Positions 31,511 to 39,253 of a DNA stretch of 64,000 bases are shown piece by piece. Origin of the DNA: an uncultured Chloroflexia bacterium (GTDB lineage: Bacteria; Chloroflexota; Dehalococcoidia; UBA2247; RBG-13-53-26). The notes beneath the pieces are model-generated. The model was not told the origin of the DNA. It saw nothing but the letters and a program-made list of their open reading frames with translations, and did no database searches. The stretch is taken from assembly GCA_963720375.1 (NCBI GenBank), contig CAVRFM010000015.1, forward strand, positions 39,988-103,987. Direction: 5' to 3'. The translations under genes and the position numbers were made by a program. Every line of letters starts with the position of its first letter. Within the stretch, counting starts at the first letter, position 1.

Positions 31511-32068
31511 TTACTTTGATTTTGCTGCAACTGTGGCAGCGCCGGCCTTACTCTGGCCTGTGTGATAGCCTTTTAACACACTCTTCCAATGGGCTATCAA
31601 CTCAGGTTGCCACTCAATCGTAGGTGGAACAGGCCTTGCTTCAGTTCCAAGCTCCCGCAACGAAAGATCACGCAAACCCTTCAGATACTTGTCAAATTGC
31701 TTGATCTCTTTGTCGGAGAAGCGGGCCACCAGGATATCACGGGCATAGCCCAATATGACTGGCAGTGCTCGGTCAAGAAGTTCTTTCCCTTTGGGCTGTA
31801 TCTGTATCTTTACCACCCTCTGATCCTTCTTGCTCCTGACCTTTCTAACATAGCCAGCCCTCTGCATGCGAGACAGCAGCGCAGAGACACTATGTTTCTC
31901 CCGGAACACATAAGAAGATATCTCACCGGGGCTAAGAGGGACTTTGCTCATGCTCAAGATGAGCAGAACATCCGTTTGGGCAAGTGTAGTTTGCCGCTTG
32001 CCAAGCTCGATTTCCATAGCCCTCATCGCAGCTTCAGCGGCCTGGCGCAACCGAACCCAGGTAGTCAT
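31511..32068 (-). CDS. MarR-family winged-helix transcriptional regulator with a C-terminal extension
   Basis: LTLAQTDVLLILS...LSPGEISSYVFREKHSVSALLSRMQRAGYV wHTH. Confidence 0.7.
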   Translation of the reverse strand: MTTWVRLRQAAEAAMRAMEIELGKRQTTLAQTDVLLILSMSKVPLSPGEISSYVFREKHSVSALLSRMQRAGYVRKVRSKKDQRVVKIQIQPKGKELLDRALPVILGYARDILVARFSDKEIKQFDKYLKGLRDLSLRELGTEARPVPPTIEWQPELIAHWKSVLKGYHTGQSKAGAATVAAKSK

Positions 32069-32285
32069 ATACGGATCACCAGTTTCCCAATTGTGCACCT
32101 TCTCCTCCTTATTAGCAGTTCTCCCTGCTGCTCAGCCTGCCCGAATCTATGTCCGGTCAGCCCTCCCTTTTACCGCAGGATTTTATGAAATTGTAACATC
32201 CCATAGGAACTATGTCAAATGGCTACAGACCTTATAGAGAAATCAGGATCACGGCAAGAATGAAGCCTGAATCCGCAACCGCCCC

Positions 32286-33665
32286 TCACCCCACCGGTTT
32301 CTCATACTTCCAAATAGTTCCTTGAGGCGTGTCCTCGAGAACTATCCCCAGATCCTTCAAGCACGAGCGGACTCTGTCAGCCATCCGCCACTGCTTCTCG
32401 TTCCTCAGTTCAGCCCGAATCGAAATCAGCAAGTCAATGAAGGGCTCGGCAGCCAACTTCATTGACTTCTCTTGAAAGGTAAACCCCAGAACGCTTCCCA
32501 GTTCAATCAGATTCTCTCGAGCCTGTCGCACATCAGCACCTTGACTTATACCCCGGTTAATCTCCCTGGCCAGGTCGAATAGGACCGCCACGGCCTGAGC
32601 TGTATTGAAGTCAGCATCCATAGCGTCGATGAACCTCTGCCGAAACAATTCGGTGTCAATTGCTCCTGTCAATCCCTTCTCCTCACACTGACCATTATCA
32701 AGGGCTGATTGACGCAGTCTTTCCACACCCTTTTCCGCAGCCGCCAGGTTCTCCTCGCTGAAGCTGATCGGGCTACGATAGTGGGAGCTCAGGATGAAGA
32801 ACCGTATCGCATCAGGAGTAAAGCGTTCCAAGACCTCCTTGATGGTAACAAGAATCCCCAGGGACTTGCTCATCTTTTCTCCACCCAGTTGCACGAAACC
32901 ATTATGCATCCAGTACTTGACGAAGGGGGTGACCCCGGTAAAGCTTTCCGATTGGGCTATCTCATTCTCATGATGCGGAAAGATCAGGTCCTGTCCTCCG
33001 CCATGTATGTCTAAGGTCTCACCCAGGTGTCTCAGGGACATGGCGCTGCATTCAATGTGCCAGCCAGGTCTCCCCTTGCCCCAAGGGCTTTCCCACCACG
33101 GCTCACCGGGCTTCGCCGCCTTCCACAAGGCAAAATCCAGAGGATGTTCCTTGCCAACTCCTACTTCTACACGCGCTCCCGCTTGCAGAGCTTCAAGGCC
33201 CTGGTGGCTGAGCTTTCCATAATCCGGAGCACTGCTCACTCTGAAGTAGACATCGCCACCTGCCTGGTAGGCATGCCCCCTGTCAACCAAGCCCTGAACT
33301 ACTTCAATAATTTTGGGTATCTCTTCAGTAGCTCTAGGATACACGTGAGCCCTCTTAATATTCAGCTTATCCATATCAACAAAGTATTGGGAAATAAACT
33401 TTTCAGCTAGCTCGGCAGGAGAAGTGCCCGATTTGTGCGCTCGATCGATAATCTTGTCGTCAATATCGGTAAAGTTTTGCACATGCTTCACCTTGTATCC
33501 CTTAAACTCCAGGTAGCGTCGCACCACGTCGAAGATTACATAGCTCATAGCATGGCCAAGATGGCACTCAGCGTAAGGAGTAACCCCACAGACATACATC
33601 CTCACCACCTCACCCTGAGGCACGAACTCTTCTTCCCGTCCCGAAAGAGTGTTATATATCTTCAC
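32286..33665 (-). CDS. cysS: Cysteine--tRNA ligase
   Basis: HLGHA and KMSKS class-I motifs. 459 aa. Confidence 0.93.
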   Translation of the reverse strand: MKIYNTLSGREEEFVPQGEVVRMYVCGVTPYAECHLGHAMSYVIFDVVRRYLEFKGYKVKHVQNFTDIDDKIIDRAHKSGTSPAELAEKFISQYFVDMDKLNIKRAHVYPRATEEIPKIIEVVQGLVDRGHAYQAGGDVYFRVSSAPDYGKLSHQGLEALQAGARVEVGVGKEHPLDFALWKAAKPGEPWWESPWGKGRPGWHIECSAMSLRHLGETLDIHGGGQDLIFPHHENEIAQSESFTGVTPFVKYWMHNGFVQLGGEKMSKSLGILVTIKEVLERFTPDAIRFFILSSHYRSPISFSEENLAAAEKGVERLRQSALDNGQCEEKGLTGAIDTELFRQRFIDAMDADFNTAQAVAVLFDLAREINRGISQGADVRQARENLIELGSVLGFTFQEKSMKLAAEPFIDLLISIRAELRNEKQWRMADRVRSCLKDLGIVLEDTPQGTIWKYEKPVG

Positions 33666-33723
33666 GATCGCTCCTTAACCTGGACTGTTTAATATCAATA
33701 GCCCGAATAGACTCTCAGTGTCC

Positions 33724-34215
33724 TCAGGTTTTGACCTCATGTGCGACCTTGTCCACCAAGGCCACAGCATACGCAGCTATCGCCTTCTCTTCCCCCAAAA
33801 AGCCGAGCCCTTTAGAAGTGGTGCTTTTTACCCCAACCTGCTCTATGCTGATACCCAGGGTCTGACCGATCAATTTCCGCATCTGGGGGACAAAGGGGGA
33901 CAGGTGAGGCTTTTCCGCCACTATGGTAGCGTCAACATTACACACCTGCCATCCTTCCGTTTGGAGCAGCGTGGCTACCTGGCGAAGAAGAGTGATACTG
34001 TAGATGTCCTTATACCTCGGATCAGAGGAGGGAAAGTGAATCCCTATATCCCCTAAACCAGCTGCGCCTAACAGAGCATCGATGATGGCATGCACCAGAA
34101 CATCGGCGTCGCTATGGCCATCAAGCCCCTTGTCAAAGGGTATCTCTATACCCCCTAACAGAAGCCTTCTTCCCTGCACTAAAGGGTGAACATCATAGCC
34201 GATGCCAACCCTCAT
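33724..34215 (-). CDS. ispF: 2-C-methyl-D-erythritol 2,4-cyclodiphosphate synthase
   Basis: GIGYDVH...GHSDADV motifs. Confidence 0.93.
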   Translation of the reverse strand: MRVGIGYDVHPLVQGRRLLLGGIEIPFDKGLDGHSDADVLVHAIIDALLGAAGLGDIGIHFPSSDPRYKDIYSITLLRQVATLLQTEGWQVCNVDATIVAEKPHLSPFVPQMRKLIGQTLGISIEQVGVKSTTSKGLGFLGEEKAIAAYAVALVDKVAHEVKT

Positions 34216-34921
34216 GCCTCTTCCTCAAAATGATCTCTGCCAGGGCCAAGTCCTCCAGCGTGGTAATCTTAATATTATCATAGGAGCCCATGTAGACTCT
34301 GACCTTATACCCAAGTGCCTCCACCAGAGCGGCATCATCCGTCACTTCCCCTTTAGCCTGCCGATATGCCTCCGTTATTATATCAAAGCGAAACACCTGC
34401 GGGGTCTGTGCTACCCAGAGGTTTTCTCGCCGAGGGGTATTCCGGATTGTCCCCTCGGCTTCAACTATTTTTACGGTTTCCTTTACAGGTACCGCCGCAA
34501 TAGCCGCCCCGGTCTGACGGGCCTCCTCTAGCCCCTGCTCTATCAGATCAGGAGTGATGCAAGGACGCGCCCCATCATGAATCACCACCCAGTGGCAACC
34601 TCCCAGCCCTTTCAGCCCCTCGGCTACCGAATCCTGGCGCCGTTCTCCACCGGCGCATACCTGCGCCACCTTCTGAAACCTTCCTTCCTTTACCACCTCC
34701 CGCCCTCGCTCCAAGCTCACTTCATTCAGCACGATCACCACCTGATCCACTGCACCACATTTCTCAAACACTTCAAGCACATGAGCCAGGACCGATTTGC
34801 CAGCGATGTCAGCAAAAATCTTGTCCACCCCACCCATCCGCCGGCTACTGCCAGCGGCAGCAACAACAGCCCCCACCTTCTCCCGAGATAGCTTCCTCAC
34901 CTTGATAACCGCCTCCTGCAA
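34193..34921 (-). CDS. ispD: 2-C-methyl-D-erythritol 4-phosphate cytidylyltransferase
   Basis: VVAAAGSSRRMG motif. Overlaps ispF in the usual ispDF arrangement. Confidence 0.9.
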   Translation of the reverse strand: MQEAVIKVRKLSREKVGAVVAAAGSSRRMGGVDKIFADIAGKSVLAHVLEVFEKCGAVDQVVIVLNEVSLERGREVVKEGRFQKVAQVCAGGERRQDSVAEGLKGLGGCHWVVIHDGARPCITPDLIEQGLEEARQTGAAIAAVPVKETVKIVEAEGTIRNTPRRENLWVAQTPQVFRFDIITEAYRQAKGEVTDDAALVEALGYKVRVYMGSYDNIKITTLEDLALAEIILRKRHEGWHRL

Positions 34922-34939
34922 ATGCTAGAATGGCCTCGT

Positions 34940-35017
34940 GGTGGGCGTAGCCCAGCGGTTTAAGGCGCCAGGTTGTGGCCCTGGAGATCGAGGGTTCGAA
35001 TCCCTCCGTCCACCCCA
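34940..35017 (+). tRNA. tRNA-His (anticodon GTG) with genome-encoded G-1 and CCA
   Basis: Acceptor stem G-1/GTGGGCG pairs with CGTCCAC-C. Anticodon stem CCAGG/CCTGG with loop TTGTGGC. T-arm GAGGG-TTCGAAT-CCCTC. 3' CCA. Confidence 0.85.
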
Positions 35018-35094
35018 GCGCCTATAGCTCAGCGGATCAGAGCATCGGTCTTCGGAACCGAGGGTCGAGGGTTCGAATCCCTCTAGGCGCGCCA
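35018..35094 (+). tRNA. tRNA-Arg (anticodon TCG), starts at the base after the CCA of tRNA-His
   Basis: Acceptor GCGCCTA/TAGGCGC. D-stem GCTC/GAGC. Anticodon stem TCGGT/ACCGA with loop CTTCGGA. T-arm GAGGG-TTCGAAT-CCCTC. 3' GCCA. Confidence 0.85.
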
Positions 35095-35684
35095 TCTCTA
35101 CGAGCCAAGTTATGCCCATATTCGTGTCCATATTCCCTCACAAAATGCCCCTGATCAATGTCGCCGTCAGCATATTCTGACACTTTTGCTAACAATTTGC
35201 TAACCACCATACACACGGCCGATTCCATGCAGATCTTTTGCACACCCCCCGCAGCTTTGGGCTACCTCTATTATCCTCGCTGTTGCACACAATAGCATCT
35301 GCTTACTATCACTACTAAATAGGCCTGCTATCCATCCACAGAACGAAGAGAAATAGTGCAGTGATACTCATAATGCAGCTAATGTGCAGTGCTGCTGGCA
35401 CTGCCGAGATCATAGGAGTGAAAATGAGGACGTTCCTTAATTACTACTGATCTTTTGATCTTTGCCTGTTGCCTTCTCCAACTCTAGTAGGGTCTTTTAT
35501 CGACGGATTGCCCAAGGGTGTCAGCCCTATCTAGAGCGCTGATTTAGCCAAGGTAGCATTACATGAAGACTTACTGGGCTGTGCCCTGCAAATCAGACCA
35601 TCATTGAACCAACATGCGGCGGCTTGCCTGTGCTGGTGTCCTTTGTACGGAAGAAGAGGTGTGACTCCAAGGTCTAGAAACAAG

Positions 35685-36077
35685 CTATGCGTTTGCTGAG
35701 TGGGGCTTCTTTATTTTCATTACGCTGGCTCTAAAACGAAGATACTTCAAGTACTCTGTCAGTTCCTCAATTTCGTTAGGCGTGGCGGTTGAGAGAATAT
35801 CTGGTTGTGATTGGGGAGGCGTGTGGAAGGATATAATCCAGTCGAACTCGGGTGTGTAGCCAGCTTTCTTCTGCAAAACTTGCACTGGCACGCCGAGTAT
35901 GATTGCGAGTTGAAGTAACTCAGGTTGCCTCGGGCGCCTGTCACCTTTCTCCCATCGGCAGACGGTGCTGAGAGATCTGTGCACCTTCTCACCCAAGTCA
36001 TCCTGTGACATTGGGACTGGCTGTCCAAGCCTAGTCTCACGGAGAAGATCTCCGAATTCTTTCCAGCGGTTAGGCAT
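35685..36077 (-). CDS. HTH_XRE-family transcriptional regulator with a C-terminal extension, divergent from the HD-protein operon
   Basis: MSQDDLGEKVHRSLSTVCRWEKGDRRP...LLQLAIILGVPVQVL helix-turn-helix. Confidence 0.75.
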   Translation of the reverse strand: MPNRWKEFGDLLRETRLGQPVPMSQDDLGEKVHRSLSTVCRWEKGDRRPRQPELLQLAIILGVPVQVLQKKAGYTPEFDWIISFHTPPQSQPDILSTATPNEIEELTEYLKYLRFRASVMKIKKPHSANA

Positions 36078-36132
36078 GATGGTGAGACTCCTTGTTGATA
36101 CTGCGTTGCGATTTTATGTTCTTTTTTACTCT

Positions 36133-36173
36133 TTGTCAATACTTACGGCAACAATATTGACAAAATGTATAAT
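36133..36173 (+). promoter_or_regulatory. Perfect 9-bp inverted repeat TTGTCAATA-N13-TATTGACAA (candidate operator) abutting a TG-TATAAT extended -10 element for the downstream 146-aa / HD operon
   Basis: Inverted-repeat arms at 36133-36141 and 36155-36163. TG at 36166-36167 and TATAAT at 36168-36173. Lies in the divergent intergenic region between the XRE regulator and the operon. Confidence 0.5.
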
Positions 36174-36264
36174 AGTGGTAATCTGTTTGTTGTAAGGGCG
36201 TGGTTCCCCTATAATTGGAGCCCCACCGTCAGTCCGGTGGTCTCAGGAAGAAGGAGGTGGGATC

Positions 36265-36705
36265 TTGCCTAGGACAGTTAGTGCGGATTCCCAAACTGGG
36301 CACCTCACGCTCTATGATAGTGTTGTAGCAGCGATAGGGGGGATCCACGAGGATCAAGCTAGCATGCAAGATCAGAGGATCCCCGTGGAGGATTGCTACC
36401 GTGCCTTCAGCCTTCTTGCATCCGAGTTTCCAGAGAGCTTTCCGGGTGTCTATTTTTCCCGGCGGAGCGGAGTCCCATATTCCAGAGATATCGAGGACGT
36501 GTTGTTCCAGGCAGGGGCATGGAGGCTCATCGAAGATAATAACCCTGACTACCGATATTTCACAGTACCCGCGGCGACCAGAAGACTGATCAAGGAACAG
36601 CTGAGCAAGATTCACAGTGGCAAGACGGGGGATCTTGAGCAAGTCTCCCTACGATTCAAATCTGTGCTAGAGGAACTGAAGCGGGTTGAGTCCCACAGCC
36701 TGTGA
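36265..36705 (+). CDS. Hypothetical protein (146 aa) whose 3' end overlaps the start of the HD-domain gene
   Basis: ORF follows the extended -10 promoter. Overlaps the next ORF by 20 nt in a different frame, suggesting co-transcription. No recognisable motif. Confidence 0.55.
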   Translation: MPRTVSADSQTGHLTLYDSVVAAIGGIHEDQASMQDQRIPVEDCYRAFSLLASEFPESFPGVYFSRRSGVPYSRDIEDVLFQAGAWRLIEDNNPDYRYFTVPAATRRLIKEQLSKIHSGKTGDLEQVSLRFKSVLEELKRVESHSL

Positions 36706-38215
36706 CGCCCTAGCAGAAGAAGTGAACTCCGCGGTTACGGAGATCCTCGGTGACTATAAGCCAAGAAAGATCAGGGACCCCAAGGTCATCCGAGACACCG
36801 CATTTGGCTTTAACCTGTTCCACAAGCATGAGATCAACTTGCTCGATTCGCCGCTTATGCAGCGGTTGCGGCAAGTACGTCAGACGGCTCTAGCCTTCTA
36901 CACCTATCCCTCATCAGTGCATACGCGCTTCGAACATTCCCTTGGTGTCACTGTACTCGCGCAACGCATGCTAGATGCCCTTCGGCAGCGTAAACCCTCC
37001 ACCGCTAGTGATGTCGCCTGCATGGAGGTTCGCCTAGCTGCATTATTGCACGATGTCGGTCATGGTCCATTCTCCCACGCATCTGAAAAGGTCTACAGTT
37101 CCCTCGACCAAATTAAGCGGGCAAAGGAAGAGAACCCCCTGCTAAAAGACAATGAGGCGCACGAAATCCTTTCCTACTTTGTGATCAAGTCATCCAAGTT
37201 CAACGAACTGTGGAGCACCATTCTTGCGAAGTATCAATTGGGTGATAACCCCATCAACCTTGGCGAGATACGCCTTGATCATGTTGCCGAGATGATTCTT
37301 GGTCATCATCCAACGCCCCAACTTAAGTACTTAGCCCAGATTGTGAACGGTCCTCATGATGCGGACAAGCTTGATTACATTACGCGCGATGGTTATTTCA
37401 CTGGTTTACGAACGGCGATCGATCTAGATAGGCTCTTCCTATGTCTGGGGGTCTACGAAAGCGACTCCGGCGAATGCCAATTGTGTGTAGATTTGAGTGG
37501 TGTGACGGCACTTGAGCAGATGCTATTCAACAAGATGCAACTCTATACATCAGTCTATCATCACCATAAGGTTCGCGCGGCTTTCCGTTCGTGTGTTGCC
37601 ATCATTGATGCATGCCGTAACAAGAAGCTGAAGGCGATCGGAGGATCGGAACTCGGTAGTCCGGTTGATTTCATGAGGATCGACGACGGCGCTATTTTGA
37701 GCGCCCGATCGACAGGGGATGCTGACCTCGACAAATGTCTTGCCAATTTGCGAAATCGCATTCTTCCGATGCGTGCTCTGGTACTGTGCTCAGACTCAGT
37801 GGATGATAACGCCTCTCGTTTTCTTCTGGCACGTATGCGGCGGGATACCTCCACAGCCAACGCTCTGCGCGAAGAAATCGCAACCAGAGCTAAAGTCGAC
37901 AACTCGCACATTCTAGTTGATTTTCCGGAAGAGCCACGTTTCATGAGCACAGCGCTCGGCAGTCTTGTTAGGGTCAGTCCTCAAGATGTAGTCCGCCTCA
38001 ACTCGATATTTCCAGTAGGGGGATGGGTGAGAGGTCATGCTGAACACAGATACAGAGTGTATGTATTCAGTCCCTATGAGTCGGAAGAGGCAGTGGCGAA
38101 AGCAGCATACGCCATACTGAGAGAAAAGTACGGGATCAAACCAAACAAAATGGCCTTCTTCCTTGCCAACCATACGCCGACATTCGTGGCATCGCTCCAA
38201 CTGGGGAATTCGTGA
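36686..38215 (+). CDS. HD-domain dNTP triphosphohydrolase-like protein (dGTPase / SAMHD1-type HD phosphohydrolase), 509 aa
   Basis: HTRFEHSLGV...LLHDVGHGPFSH and GPHDADKLDYITRD motifs of the dGTPase-like HD family. N-terminal IRDTAFGF...QRLRQVRQ segment as in this family. Lower-GC context. Confidence 0.8.
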   Translation: MSPTACDALAEEVNSAVTEILGDYKPRKIRDPKVIRDTAFGFNLFHKHEINLLDSPLMQRLRQVRQTALAFYTYPSSVHTRFEHSLGVTVLAQRMLDALRQRKPSTASDVACMEVRLAALLHDVGHGPFSHASEKVYSSLDQIKRAKEENPLLKDNEAHEILSYFVIKSSKFNELWSTILAKYQLGDNPINLGEIRLDHVAEMILGHHPTPQLKYLAQIVNGPHDADKLDYITRDGYFTGLRTAIDLDRLFLCLGVYESDSGECQLCVDLSGVTALEQMLFNKMQLYTSVYHHHKVRAAFRSCVAIIDACRNKKLKAIGGSELGSPVDFMRIDDGAILSARSTGDADLDKCLANLRNRILPMRALVLCSDSVDDNASRFLLARMRRDTSTANALREEIATRAKVDNSHILVDFPEEPRFMSTALGSLVRVSPQDVVRLNSIFPVGGWVRGHAEHRYRVYVFSPYESEEAVAKAAYAILREKYGIKPNKMAFFLANHTPTFVASLQLGNS

Positions 38216-38285
38216 GATCGCAAGCGGTGCCAGTGCGATGGTACTACATTCGCCGCCTAAGTCCGTCAGCTTGCCCGCTATCCCT

Positions 38286-39200
38286 CTAGAGATCAACCTG
38301 GACGGAATTGTTGGTGCCGGCGCGTACCGCCATCATTTGTGAAGCATAACTCTCTGGCACTCGCATTTGATGGCCGAGTGCCGTCTTCTCATCAAAGCGA
38401 TGCACGGCGGCTTGCTGTAAACCCGGTGCAATATGGCTGTACGTGTCGAGCAAAAGTGATGGATATACTGGAATGCCACAGCTTGCCTTAAACGACTTTT
38501 GGGGTGTATTCCCTATTTGCCATATGGATGTAGACATAATCTCCAGGACTTGACGTCCTCTGCTAGCCGTCTGATATCATCCGAGGTGACTTCCAGTTAC
38601 ACGCATCCCGATAGTGCTTTTACACAACAAGTGCCCAATTGGGGCAAGGGCAAGACTACTCATCAAAGGGGGAGGTAGCAAATGGCGAGACAGTGTAAAA
38701 CAGTAGAGATAGTGTACAACGCAAGAGGTCGAGATGTCTTGACATGGTGTATAAAGACAGCTTTTCTCTCCTTGATAACACTGGGGTTCTACTTGCCTGT
38801 TGCCGCAAATAAGCTTGTGAGATATCTGTGCGAGCACACAAAGATACGCATAGACGAGTCAGAGGTCTCAGGAACGTAGTTCGCAGCCTTGGCTGCTAGC
38901 AACCTGCTGAACATGAAATGGCATTGGTTGGTATTTTACAGATCGAGTGTGTCACTACAGAGAGAATCTCATATCAGTCAACAAGACATAAAGTAAACCC
39001 CTTGACCTGGGAAACAGGGACGGTTGTAAACTCATGAAAGGCTTTTCGGGGGCAACCCTTCTAAATATAAATGGAACCAATCCTCAAGAGCAACGCAACA
39101 TAAAGATAAGCCCTTGACCAGCCCAAGGAGGGCAGTTCTATACTTATCAAGCCGCATCCTCGGAGAGAAGGCTTTATTCGGTAATTTCTCGCTTCTTAAC
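38286..39200 (-). pseudogene. Decayed tyrosine recombinase (phage-type integrase) gene remnant
   Basis: Minus-strand frames give ...PKVV*GKLWHSSISIT (LGHSSI box with an in-frame TAA), then a shifted frame gives LLDTYSHIAPGLQQAAVHRFDE (catalytic-Tyr box). Upstream frames are broken. No intact ORF over 90 aa. Confidence 0.5.
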
Positions 39201-39253
39201 TAATTCCGAATCCTCACGTCGCAGAGCAAGACTTTTTAGCTCTAAAGGGGGGT

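Noticed and set aside
34925-35243. Minus-strand ORFs 34925..35131 and 35037..35243
   Set aside because: They overlap the two tRNA genes, and their translations have no recognisable motifs.
38577-38879. ORFs 38682..38879 (+), 38577..38837 (-) and 38656..38841 (-)
   Set aside because: They fall within the decayed integrase region. They are more likely chance ORFs in degraded sequence than functional genes.
39204-39223. Possible attR: a partial copy of the tRNA-His 3' end
   Set aside because: Only about 13 of 19 positions match, with a gap. This is too weak to call a direct repeat without a proper alignment, so it is mentioned only as a hint in the islet finding.
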